NCBI RefSeq assembly: GCF_000014265.1 | Contig: NC_008312.1 | Span: forward strand, 1,710,001-1,742,000 | DNA: 32,000 bases | Origin: Trichodesmium erythraeum IMS101 | GTDB taxonomy: Bacteria; Cyanobacteriota; Cyanobacteriia; Cyanobacteriales; Microcoleaceae | Reading direction: 5' to 3' | Shown here: one piece after another, positions 19,588 to 27,951 of the stretch | Layout of the letters: each line of letters opens with the position of its first letter | Numbering within the stretch: the stretch's first letter is position 1 | The notes under the pieces: generated by a model | What the model was told of the DNA's origin: nothing | Databases searched by the model: none | Seen by the model: the letters and a program-made list of their open reading frames with translations, nothing else | Program-made: the position numbers and the translations under genes

Positions 19588-20550
19588 AAAAAGTAAAGTA
19601 TCGCCTATTGCCAAAGTTGTTTAGCCTGTCTACAAATGTTTTCTATGTAATTTTCTAATGGTGTCTCAGGAGCAAAGTGTAAACAGTGAATATTCTTTTT
19701 TTCACTATTATTGATAATACATGAAAATCACGAAATTATTGAGAATGATCAGGACTTGCACTATCAAAAATTCAAACAATTTTGGCTTATTGACTCTGGT
19801 TTTGTAGATGTCTAACAAAATTAATTGTTAATAAAATCTTAGCTGTTTGATAAGTGCTAGGTATCTCTTCACCACTGATATATTTCTATTGCGCTATAGT
19901 TAAGTTACCAGAGTTACCATGTAGTTGTCTACATCTATTTCTCGTTTTTTTTATAGGCGATCGCTTCATCCATAACCACAAATATGTCTTCCAAGTAGAT
20001 GCTACTCATAGTTAGTAAAAACTTGATATTTTTCCTGAAATGATTTCTCTAGGGTTGTCTTGAAGCCTATAATTAATTATTTAGTTGTGCTGCTCTACCA
20101 CACATTTATCAGATTTATATTTGGGGCTTCTGTTTTTTTGACGCCAACTAACTCCAGCGTTTTTAAATAAATTATAATAACTTTGACAGGAGCGATATAC
20201 TACTCCATAATACTGTTCAACGTGATCAATTAACTCTGAAATATTTATGCGTGTTTTTTGTTTTAGCCAATTCATGACAGCTTCACGTTGTTCCTTATTC
20301 AAGTATCCTGCACTACCTTTATATTTCAATTTTATACCCATTAACCCTTCTTCTCGATAACGTTTTTCCCAACGACTAATATAACTTGACTCAACACCCA
20401 GTATAGTCTGAATTTCCCGATGCTTAAATCCTTCAAACCGCATTTTTACTACTAAAGCTCGCTTTAACTCTCTGGGATCCGGATTAGTTGCTATAAAATC
20501 TTCAATTAACATAAAAACACAATGTGCTATTTTTATTTACTTTACTTTTT
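19588..20550 (-). mobile_element. Degenerate IS630-family-like element (boundaries tentative)
   Basis: 13-bp inverted repeat AAAAAGTAAAGTA (19588-19600) / TACTTTACTTTTT (20538-20550), with TA after the right end. The N-terminal HTH ORF is intact. The DDE part is recognisable only as stop-ridden fragments on the minus strand, e.g. LIVQVLIILNNFVIF (compare VILDNASIH) and HFAPETPLENYIENICRQAKQLW (compare FAPYSPELNPIE). Confidence 0.5.
20081..20512 (-). pseudogene. IS630-family transposase, N-terminal DNA-binding portion only (143-aa ORF)
   Basis: REIQTILGVESSYISRWEKRYREEGLMGIKLKYKGSAGYL...EQREAVMNWLKQKT...ISELIDHVEQYYGVVYRSCQSYYNLFKNAGVSWRQ is typical of IS630 HTH modules. No intact catalytic domain follows. 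Confidence 0.7.
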
Positions 20551-20624
20551 TATGATAACTTAATTGATATTTAAAGTTAAATGTTGCACAATACAAAAGC
20601 GATATTGTAGAATTTTATTGAATA

Positions 20625-20951
20625 ATGCATTGTCCTTATTGTCAAAGTCATAAAATAGTTAAAAATGGCCATCGTAACGGAAAACAGAGTTATTTGTGTC
20701 GTAAATGTGGCCGTCAATTTAGAGAAAACCCTTGTCCTATCGGTTATAGCTCTGAGGTTAAAGAGGCTTGTCTAAAAATGTTCCTTAGCGGCATGGGGTT
20801 TCGAGCTATTGAGAGAGCCACTGGTATTTCCCACAACAGCGTCCTTAACTGGGTACGCCGCGCAAAAGTAAATGTTTCTGATCGGAATTCTGAAGCTTCT
20901 GAAGCCGCTCAAGTTGATGGACTGCAGATTTTTGTTGACCCAAAAAAATAA
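20625..20951 (+). pseudogene. IS1-family transposase, truncated after the zinc-finger/HTH N-terminus (108 aa)
   Basis: MHCPYCQSHKIVKNGHRNGKQSYLCRKCGRQF (zinc finger) and GMGFRAIERATGISHNSVLNWVRRA (HTH). The ORF stops at ...LQIFVDPKK*, where intact IS1-type proteins continue into the catalytic domain. Confidence 0.65.
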
Positions 20952-21336
20952 CTTAGATATCAATAATTCTAAGTAGCAAAATACTAGGACTTCTGAAGTT
21001 GGTGGTAGGCGATCGCTCTCTTACCTTCACACTTATGATGCAGATAACTTCACCTCAAGGCCTATGCTATTCCCCCCTTTATCTCTCCCCAAGAGCGGAA
21101 ACCAAAAGTCAAAGGTCAAAGGTTAGAAAAAAACCATCAGTTAGGTTTCACTTTGTTCTACAAAACCTAAATTTTTCGACGTTTTGCAGCTATTTAGTAA
21201 TTTTCGTCTCCGTAGACCAGAGTAGAAACCCCCTTATGCAACCTCTATAATATACAAAATACAGAGTTTTGCCGATAGCAATGTAGTTATGAAACTACAC
21301 CACCTACCACCTACCAGCTAAAATTTACCACCTATC

Positions 21337-21413
21337 ACCTAATACCTAAAACCTAAAACCTAATACCTAATACCTAATACCTAATACCTAATACCTAAAA
21401 CCTAATACCTAAC
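21337..21413. repeat. Heptanucleotide tandem repeat, 11 units of ACCTAAT/ACCTAAA (STRR-like)
   Basis: Units were read directly from 21337 to 21413. The tract is preceded by CCACCTA CCACCTA. The CHAT gene stop (21395-21397) and its last 5 codons lie inside the tract. Confidence 0.95.
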
Positions 21414-24400
21414 TCACTGACTGACTGACATATCCACGCTCCCCAAAAATAAGGATGAGCTAATGGTTTACTCTCAATTTTTAGATTTTTTCCTAAATTT
21501 AATTCCCCTAAAATATCACTCCCTAATTTACTTTTTTGTAGTTCTCCAACTGTAATATTTCTGATATATTTCTGGGCTTTTCTTAAGGCGGCCCCTGCAC
21601 TCATTCCTGACCGTGAATCATCTAAAAATTGCTCCATTAATAACATGGTTGCTAATGTTGGTACGCTCCACAAACTCATTATTAATGTTTGATTCCCCGC
21701 AACGGCAAAGGCACGACGCAAACCGAATACTCCTTCTCCCGTTTGCACGTCTCCTAACCCGCTTTCACAGGCGATTAAAATTACTAGCTCTGTTTCCCAG
21801 AGGTCAAGCCCGGCAATATCTTGAGCAAATGCCATTGTTGGGAATTCTGGGGGGAGTTGGCCACCAGAAAGCCAGGTGTTGGCACCTGTAAAAGCGACGG
21901 CGGAACCCATCATCGGGTTTTCGATTTTTGCTTGGTGGCGGTTGGGTTTGAAGGTCTCAAAATCCATGTTATTAACTGGGGGTTTGACTGGGGTCGTCTT
22001 GAGCTGCTGTTTCACTAGAGGGGCGATCGCTCTTAACTTTTCTCTGATTTTATTATCCCTATTTTCTGAGTTTCGGTATCTTTCAATAAATGCCAGAAAC
22101 TCTTCATCCAGTAAACCATAATTTTTTTCTAATATCTCTACTTCTTTTCCCTGGGAAGAGGACAGTAACTCTTTCAACAAAGTCAGATATTTATCTTTTC
22201 TCTGGGAGTAATAACCGTGGGTGGCAACTATGAGCTGTTTGGGAGATTGACATTTGAGCAGGCGATCGGCAGTTGCCTCATTTCCCAGAAAAGGTTTGAC
22301 TCCTAACTGTTGTCCAATAGTTTTGGCAAGATCAGCGGTTGCTTTCACTCGTGGAAATGTTATCCCTGCCAGAGTACCTAACATTGGCTGAACATTCAGA
22401 CCAGAAACAGCCGGACTTTCTTTTTGTTGTGCCATATCTGGAGCATTCTGAGGCCAATCAAAGTTAGGGTCGGCCATAATTAATGGTGGGTTTGCTGTGG
22501 GTTTTGTTTTGATCCGACGCCGCAATAATTCTCGCCCAACGCTGACATAACTAATGTTGTACTCATCCTGCAATGTTGTTTTCCCATCATCTTCTGGTAA
22601 GATTTGAAATGGCACTAGGTTTAAATCACCATCGGGAGCTAATACTAGATGAGAGCAACCTGTTAATTTATCTCGCAATTTATCAAAAACTGCTTCTCGT
22701 AGTTCTTTCCCTGGTTGGGAGTCATAGATATAATGTTTTGTAGGTGTTTCTGTTTCTGTAGAATTTGGTTTATTATTCCACATATTCATCTGTTGTGGTA
22801 GTGGCCACTTTATTACTGAGTTTCGGTAAGTCGAAATTAGGCGATCGATATTTTCTGCTTCTCCTAAATCAATCATTTCTACTTCAGAAGGTTTTCCCCC
22901 AGCTAAAACAAATGCCAGATACCGGGCTTTTCCCCAACTCTTCTCCTGAACATCATAGACATCAAACTGCACAAATTCCAATAATTTTTCCCCCTCTGAT
23001 AACTCTGACGCGACTGCCCGTATGTCTCCCATTTGTTGCTGTATTTCAATTTCTGGCATTTGTTGGGTTAACTTTCTTTCTAACTCATTACATTCTTTTT
23101 GCAGTTGAGCTAACTGTTGTTTGTGAGTTTCCCGTTTTTCTGGTCGGGGTACTTCATAGGTAAGTGTTAAAAGTTGGTCGCACTTTCGCCGCCACTGTGG
23201 GAAAATTTCTTGGAGTTGGGGATAACGGCCACTGAATACGGCTTGGTTTTGAGCGGCCATGGCTGTTGCTGTTAGAGATTTCCGTTTGAGGACGAGATTT
23301 AATGCTGCTTGTTTGGCTTCTGGGGAGTGGGGGAAATGTTGGTAGACTAAGGAGAGGAATGTCTCTAGGTTAGGTCTGACTTCTTGTTTGATATGGGCGA
23401 GGCGATCGCTTTCGGAGCTAGAAGCAAAGATAGCCTGGATAGTTTTATCTTCGATTTTGCTGGCTTTGAGCATCAGTTTGAGTGCTTCCGAGTATCTCCC
23501 TTGAGATGCATATAATAAAGCTAGGTTATTGAGGCAAGAGGCACGTTGTGGATGATTCGCAGGCAGGGCGACTTTGTGGATTTCTATTGCTTGTTTGTAC
23601 AATGGTTCCGCTTCCGAGTATCTCCCTTGAGCACGATATAATTCTGCTAGGTTGTTGAGGTTGGTTGCCAGGGATGGATGATTGGCAGGCAGGGCGACTT
23701 TGTGGATTTCTATTGCTTGTTTGTACAATGGTTCCGCTTCCGAGTATCTCCCTTGAGCATGATATAATTCTGCTAGGTTGTTGAGGTTGGTTGCCAGGGA
23801 TGGATGATTGGCAGGCAGGGCGATTTTGTCGACTTCTATTGCTTGTTTGTACAATGGTTCCGCTTCCGAGTATCTCCCTTGAGCAGAATATAAAACTGCT
23901 AGGTTGTTGAGGTGGGTTGCCAGGGATGGATGATTGGCAGGCAGGGCGATTTTGTCGACTTCTATTGCTTGTTTGTACAATGGTTCCGCTTCCGAGTATC
24001 TCCCTTGAGCACGATATAATTCTGCTAGGTTGTTGAGGTTGGTTGCCAGGGATGGATGATTGGCAGGCAGGGCGATTTTGTCGACTTCTATTGCTTGTTT
24101 GTACAATGGTTCCGCTTCCGAGTATCTCCCTTGAGCACGATATAATTCTGCTAGGTTGTTGAGGTTGGTTGCCAGCTCTGGATGATTGGCAGGCAGGGCG
24201 ATATTGTCGATTTCTATTGCTTGTTTGTACAATGGTTCCGCTTCCGAGTATCTCCCTTGAGCACGATATAATTCTGCTAGGTTGTTGAGGTTGGTTGCCA
24301 GGAATGGATGATTGGCAGGCAGGGCGACTTTGTAGATTTCTATTGCTTGTTTCAACAATGGTTCCGCTTCCGAGTATCTCCCTTGAGCACGATATAAACC

Positions 24401-25918
24401 TGCTAGGTTATTGAGGCCAGAGGCACGTTGTGGATGATTGGCAGGCAGGGCGACTTTGTGGATTTCTATTGCTTGTTTGTACAATGGTTCCGCTTCCGAG
24501 TATCTCCCTTGAGATTTATATAAACCTGCTAGGTTGTTGAGGTGGGTTGCCAGGTCTGGATGATTGGCCGGCAGGGCGATCTTGTCGATTTCTATTGCTT
24601 GTTTGTACAATGGTTCCGCTTCCGAGTATCTCCCTTGAGAAGAATATAAACCTGCTAGGTTGTTGAGGTCGGTTGCCAGGGATGGATGATTGGCAGGCAG
24701 GGCGATATTGTCGATTTCTATGGCTTTTTTGAACAATGGTTCCGCTTCCGAGTATCTCCCTTGAGATTCATATAAACCTGCTAGGTTGTTGAGGTTGGTT
24801 GCCAGGGATGGATGATTCGCCGGCAGGGCGATTTTGAAGATTTCTATGGCTTGTTTGTACAATGGTTCCGCTTCCGAGTATCTCCCTTGAGCACGATATA
24901 AATTTGCTAGGTTGTTGAGGTTGGTTGCCAGGGATGGATGATTCGCCGGCAGGGCGACTTTGTGGATTTCTATGGCTTGTTTGTACAATGGTTCCGCTTC
25001 CGAGTATCTCCCTTGAGCACGATATAATTCTGCTAGGTTGTTGAGGTCTCTAGCCAGGGATGGATGATTCGCAGGCAGGGCGATATTGTCGATTTCTATT
25101 GCTTGTTTGTACAATGGTTCCGCTTCCGAGTATCTCCCTTGAGCACGATATAAATTTGCTAGGTTGTTGAGGTTGGTTGCCAGGGATGGATGATTCGCCG
25201 GCAGGGCGATTTTGAAGATTTCTATGGCTTGTTTGTACAATGGTTCCGCTTCCGAGTATCTCCCTTGAGATTCATATAAACCTGCTAGGTTGTTGAGGTT
25301 GGTTGCCAGGGATGGATGATTCGCCGGCAGGGCGATTTTGAAGATTTCTATGGCTTGTTTGTACAATGGTTCTGCTTCCGAGTATCTCCCTTGAGCACGA
25401 TATAAATTTGCTAGGTTGTTGAGGTTGGTTGCCAGGGATGGATGATTCGCCGGCAGGGCGACTTTGTGGATTTCTATGGCTTGTTTGTACAATGGTTCCG
25501 CTTCCGAGTGTCTCCCTTGAGATTCATATAATAAAGTTAGGTTGTTGAGGTTGGTTGCAACTTCGGCATGACTTTCTCCCCAGAGTTGTCGCGCTAACGT
25601 CACCCCTTGTTCGGCAATAGGTATTGCTTCATCATATTTACCGGCATTGTAGAGTTCCATTACTTGAACATCTAGCTTTTCTTTTGCCTCCATCATTTCT
25701 GCCAATTCGTTAGCCAAGCCTTGCAACCATTTTGCATTTTTCTCCCCATCTTCTACCATTTTAGCCGCCACTAACTCCATCGTTTTGACAAAGGCTGCAT
25801 CTAATAATTGAGAATTGGCGTGCAAAATTGCTTGCTCTTCCCCACTAGAGCAAGTTAATAGTTGGTCTATTAAATCTAGGCGAGCTTTAAGTTGTTCTTG
25901 AAATTGTTCTTCAGTCAT
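21395..25918 (-). CDS. TPR-repeat CHAT-domain (caspase-like) peptidase, 1507 aa
   Basis: 17 QGR[YH]SEA-containing 42-aa TPR units (kinesin-light-chain type, TPR_10/TPR_12-like). The C-terminal CHAT signatures are HLVLAPDGDLNLVPFQILP, the catalytic His in LIVATHGYY (codon 22216-22218) and the catalytic Cys in LVILIACESGLGD (codon 21767-21769). Confidence 0.9.
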   Translation of the reverse strand: MTEEQFQEQLKARLDLIDQLLTCSSGEEQAILHANSQLLDAAFVKTMELVAAKMVEDGEKNAKWLQGLANELAEMMEAKEKLDVQVMELYNAGKYDEAIPIAEQGVTLARQLWGESHAEVATNLNNLTLLYESQGRHSEAEPLYKQAIEIHKVALPANHPSLATNLNNLANLYRAQGRYSEAEPLYKQAIEIFKIALPANHPSLATNLNNLAGLYESQGRYSEAEPLYKQAIEIFKIALPANHPSLATNLNNLANLYRAQGRYSEAEPLYKQAIEIDNIALPANHPSLARDLNNLAELYRAQGRYSEAEPLYKQAIEIHKVALPANHPSLATNLNNLANLYRAQGRYSEAEPLYKQAIEIFKIALPANHPSLATNLNNLAGLYESQGRYSEAEPLFKKAIEIDNIALPANHPSLATDLNNLAGLYSSQGRYSEAEPLYKQAIEIDKIALPANHPDLATHLNNLAGLYKSQGRYSEAEPLYKQAIEIHKVALPANHPQRASGLNNLAGLYRAQGRYSEAEPLLKQAIEIYKVALPANHPFLATNLNNLAELYRAQGRYSEAEPLYKQAIEIDNIALPANHPELATNLNNLAELYRAQGRYSEAEPLYKQAIEVDKIALPANHPSLATNLNNLAELYRAQGRYSEAEPLYKQAIEVDKIALPANHPSLATHLNNLAVLYSAQGRYSEAEPLYKQAIEVDKIALPANHPSLATNLNNLAELYHAQGRYSEAEPLYKQAIEIHKVALPANHPSLATNLNNLAELYRAQGRYSEAEPLYKQAIEIHKVALPANHPQRASCLNNLALLYASQGRYSEALKLMLKASKIEDKTIQAIFASSSESDRLAHIKQEVRPNLETFLSLVYQHFPHSPEAKQAALNLVLKRKSLTATAMAAQNQAVFSGRYPQLQEIFPQWRRKCDQLLTLTYEVPRPEKRETHKQQLAQLQKECNELERKLTQQMPEIEIQQQMGDIRAVASELSEGEKLLEFVQFDVYDVQEKSWGKARYLAFVLAGGKPSEVEMIDLGEAENIDRLISTYRNSVIKWPLPQQMNMWNNKPNSTETETPTKHYIYDSQPGKELREAVFDKLRDKLTGCSHLVLAPDGDLNLVPFQILPEDDGKTTLQDEYNISYVSVGRELLRRRIKTKPTANPPLIMADPNFDWPQNAPDMAQQKESPAVSGLNVQPMLGTLAGITFPRVKATADLAKTIGQQLGVKPFLGNEATADRLLKCQSPKQLIVATHGYYSQRKDKYLTLLKELLSSSQGKEVEILEKNYGLLDEEFLAFIERYRNSENRDNKIREKLRAIAPLVKQQLKTTPVKPPVNNMDFETFKPNRHQAKIENPMMGSAVAFTGANTWLSGGQLPPEFPTMAFAQDIAGLDLWETELVILIACESGLGDVQTGEGVFGLRRAFAVAGNQTLIMSLWSVPTLATMLLMEQFLDDSRSGMSAGAALRKAQKYIRNITVGELQKSKLGSDILGELNLGKNLKIESKPLAHPYFWGAWICQSVSELGIRF
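23480..25560 (-). repeat. Array of about 17 near-identical 126-bp (42-aa TPR) units with a 504-bp higher-order repeat
   Basis: The block GCTTCCGAGTATCTCCCTTGAG...GGTTGTTGAGGTTGGTTGCCAGGGATGGATGATT recurs every 126 bp. GATGATTCGCCGGCAGGGCGACTTTGTGGATTTCTATGGC occurs at 24937 and 25441 (offset 504 = 4 units). Confidence 0.95.
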
Positions 25919-26113
25919 ATTAGTTTCTCCTTATTTGAATAACCCTATCATATCCGATCAAACACTCCCGTGGTTGTAGTTGTTCTTTTGCACCCTAATA
26001 TAGACCTCTATCCATTCAGGAAAACCAAGAAATCTTAGGGACTACTGGGAGTATCTTACTTCCATTCTTATGATATTTCAATAAGTTCAAAATTGCAACA
26101 AAAAATCCATATT

Positions 26114-26158
26114 GTTCTACATAATTCTACCTAGCTCTACCTAGTTCTACTTACCTAT
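26114..26158 (-). promoter_or_regulatory. 10-bp-phased direct repeat array TCTAC(A/C)TA x4 upstream of the CHAT gene
   Basis: TCTAC occurs at 26116, 26126, 26136 and 26146 (exact 10-bp spacing), 200-235 nt upstream of the start codon. Homologous arrays lie upstream of both paralogue genes. Confidence 0.6.
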
Positions 26159-26341
26159 ATATGATTCTAAACAAATCTATTTTGATTTTAAATAGACTTA
26201 TTTACTATTATTATTTTATCCACAAAATCTGCCTACAAAAAATTATATCTAACTCTAGTTAACTCTAAAGCCTACTATTTACATCCCTTGAAAATGCAAT
26301 TTAAAATAAAAGTATACTTTCCCAATAAATCACGGAATAAA

Positions 26342-26518
26342 ATGTCTAAACCAATTAAAATCTTATTAATTTCAATCTTTGCCGGAAGTATTTTCAGCAT
26401 ATTATCATTGAGCAATAACCAAAACAGCAAAGAAATTAGTCAAGCCCTTGAAAGTGGAGTAACTATGACATCCACCATAGCCAGTTTACTAATAAGCTTA
26501 AAAGATAGCAATGAATAG
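26342..26518 (+). CDS. Small (58 aa) single-pass membrane peptide, divergent from the CHAT gene
   Basis: MSKPIKILLISIFAGSIFSILSLSNNQNSKEISQALESGVTMTSTIASLLISLKDSNE has one clear hydrophobic helix. The track ORF starts earlier, at TTG 26288. A decayed homologous copy at 29020-29243 shows the sequence is a duplicated unit. Confidence 0.45.
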   Translation: MSKPIKILLISIFAGSIFSILSLSNNQNSKEISQALESGVTMTSTIASLLISLKDSNE

Positions 26519-26550
26519 TACTGCTCAAACTCAAAAGTCAACACCCCTGT

Positions 26551-26615
26551 TTTAGTTATAGAAAATTAGTTGTGAAACCCTATCACCAGGCACCAGCCAC
26601 CTAAAACCTAACACC
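26551..26615. repeat. Orphan copy of the gene-3'-flank block (TAGTT.TGAAACC...CACCAGGCACCAGCCACCTAAAACC.AACACC)
   Basis: Direct repeat of 26727-26805. It is also related to 21284-21335, downstream of the CHAT gene. Confidence 0.8.
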
Positions 26616-26646
26616 TATTCCTTATTTTTCAGCTACTTAAGCAACT

Positions 26647-26693
26647 TTCATGTCGCTAGACCAGAGTAGGGATGTTTCACTACGCGACATGAA
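26647..26693. repeat. Palindromic element (copy B) with a perfect 10-bp inverted repeat
   Basis: TTCATGTCGC (26647-26656) pairs with GCGACATGAA (26684-26693). The interior TAGACCAGAGTAG is also present at about 21224-21236, and GACATGAAACGC is shared with copy A at 11445-11486. Confidence 0.7.
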
Positions 26694-26726
26694 ACGCATT
26701 TTTGTGATGCAACCTCCCTACAAAGC

Positions 26727-26805
26727 TTTAGTTATAGAAACTTAGTTATGAAACCGTACCACCAGGCACCAGCCACCAGCCACCTACCACCTAAAACCCA
26801 ACACC
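26727..26805. repeat. 3'-flank block directly downstream of paralogue A
   Basis: TTTAGTTATAGAAACTTAGTTATGAAACCGTACCACCAGGCACCAGCCACCAGCCACCTACCACCTAAAACCCAACACC. This is a direct repeat of 26551-26615. Confidence 0.8.
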
Positions 26806-26813
26806 AACTACAC

Positions 26814-27599
26814 CTAAACCACATCATAAAACATATACCACAAAGTAGAGTCTGACTCAGCCTGAAAATAAGTCAAAAATTCCTGCAAATGCTTTCCCTC
26901 TAACAACAAAGGTGGTTGGTCTCCTTGTGGTAACCAACTTAACCTTGGACGTTCCTGACTGATCCCCGCTATGATCTCCTCAACCCCTGGTTTACCATCC
27001 AACCTAAAATAATCAACTGGCGCCCCCTCCATAGGTAAAGACACCACACCCGCATCAAAAATAGGCAAAGCTCCCAAAAATGAAGGAGACAAACAATAAA
27101 ACTCACCAGAAGTACCCCTTTCTAACAGAGTTAAATATCCCCGACGTTCCAACCGTACCTCAAACTTAATTTCACTATCTAGAGGCACAGTCTTAGGATA
27201 ATGAGGATCAACCGTATACATATCCATTGTGCTCATCCCTTGAAGAACAGGACCCATTTTATTAGTTGAAGTAGCCATATTTTTTAATTGATACCAGGGA
27301 TAAAGAACTTCACGGAGCCACTGTCTAGCAATATTAACTTTATCTCTTGTCGCGTCATTAAAATGACAACCTTCAACCTCCAGTTTTTTAAATATTCTCC
27401 TCAAAGCATCCCGCATAGTATTATTATGTCGTAAATTTGTTAATAAAACATCAGCCAAAGCTGCATTATTCAAATCATCATTATTTATTTTAAACCGTTC
27501 AATAAATACAAGCCTAGTGTTATCTTTAAGACTCAACTTATCAGCTACTTCTCCCAGAAAAGCAACCTCATTATTTTTGTAACTTTCTTCTGGCATCAT
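26814..27599 (-). CDS. Paralogue A: small protein with an HTH-like N-terminus and a DUF4384-like C-terminal beta domain
   Basis: The track ORF starts at TTG 27602; ATG 27599 with AAGGAA upstream is the more likely start. The N-terminal region FLGEVADKLSLKDNTRLVFIERF...LADVL...MRDALRRIFKKLEVEG resembles sigma70-region-4/LuxR-type HTH modules. The C-terminal region IKFEVRLERRGYLTLLERGTSGEFYCLSPS...SLPMEGAPVDYFRLDGKPGVEEIIAGIS fits my recollection of DUF4384 (PF14326). Confidence 0.8.
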   Translation of the reverse strand: MMPEESYKNNEVAFLGEVADKLSLKDNTRLVFIERFKINNDDLNNAALADVLLTNLRHNNTMRDALRRIFKKLEVEGCHFNDATRDKVNIARQWLREVLYPWYQLKNMATSTNKMGPVLQGMSTMDMYTVDPHYPKTVPLDSEIKFEVRLERRGYLTLLERGTSGEFYCLSPSFLGALPIFDAGVVSLPMEGAPVDYFRLDGKPGVEEIIAGISQERPRLSWLPQGDQPPLLLEGKHLQEFLTYFQAESDSTLWYMFYDVV

Positions 27600-27666
27600 C
27601 AACCATTCCTTTCTTATAGGTTCATTTATAATGATACTTCAATAAAATCAAAAAATCTACAAAAAA

Positions 27667-27711
27667 ACTACATGACTCTACATAACTCTACCTATCTCTA
27701 CCTATCTCTAA
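27667..27711 (-). promoter_or_regulatory. 10-bp-phased repeat array (ACTAC, TCTAC x3, TCTAA) upstream of paralogue A
   Basis: Pentamers start at 27667, 27677, 27687, 27697 and 27707, which is 70-110 nt upstream of the start codon. A candidate TTGATT-N15-TATAAA promoter (minus strand, 27651-27625) lies between the array and the gene. Confidence 0.6.
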
Positions 27712-27951
27712 CTAGCTGTATATCGCTTAAAATTGACTTATTTTCACTTTCAAAAGATTGATATTCTATTATTATTATCTACAAAATTTACCTTGATAAA
27801 ACTTCCAAATAATTCTCATCAAACCTATTTCCTACTTACAGCTTAGTCAAACCCATCCCACTGGACTCAAACCTAAAAAACTAACACCTAAAACCTCAAC
27901 CTCTGCTCGTACCTTACCCTTCCCTGAAACCGAGCTTCAACCCCGTGAATT

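Noticed and set aside
20772-21250. ORFs 20772..20963 (-) and 20999..21250 (+)
   Set aside because: The first is antisense to the IS1-like fragment. The second spans repeat-rich intergenic DNA (a HIP1 site and TCAAAGG repeats) and has no motif.
21337-21413. The heptamer tract as a phase-variation switch for the CHAT protease
   Set aside because: Only the last five codons lie in the tract, and every frame of the repeat reaches a stop within a few codons. Slippage therefore cannot switch the protein on or off.
21613-23163. + strand ORFs 21613..21891, 21821..22018, 21876..22121 and 22765..23163
   Set aside because: All are antisense within the CHAT gene.
23480-25560. Regular 126-bp periodicity that could superficially resemble a CRISPR or other non-coding repeat array
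   Set aside because: The repeats are contiguous with no unique spacers. They sit in frame inside a 1507-aa ORF and encode canonical 42-aa TPR units.
21395-25918. A link between the TPR-CHAT protein and a type III-E CRISPR (Craspase) system
   Set aside because: The window contains no CRISPR array, gRAMP/Cas7-11 or other cas gene. The protein has the generic cyanobacterial architecture of a long TPR array plus CHAT.
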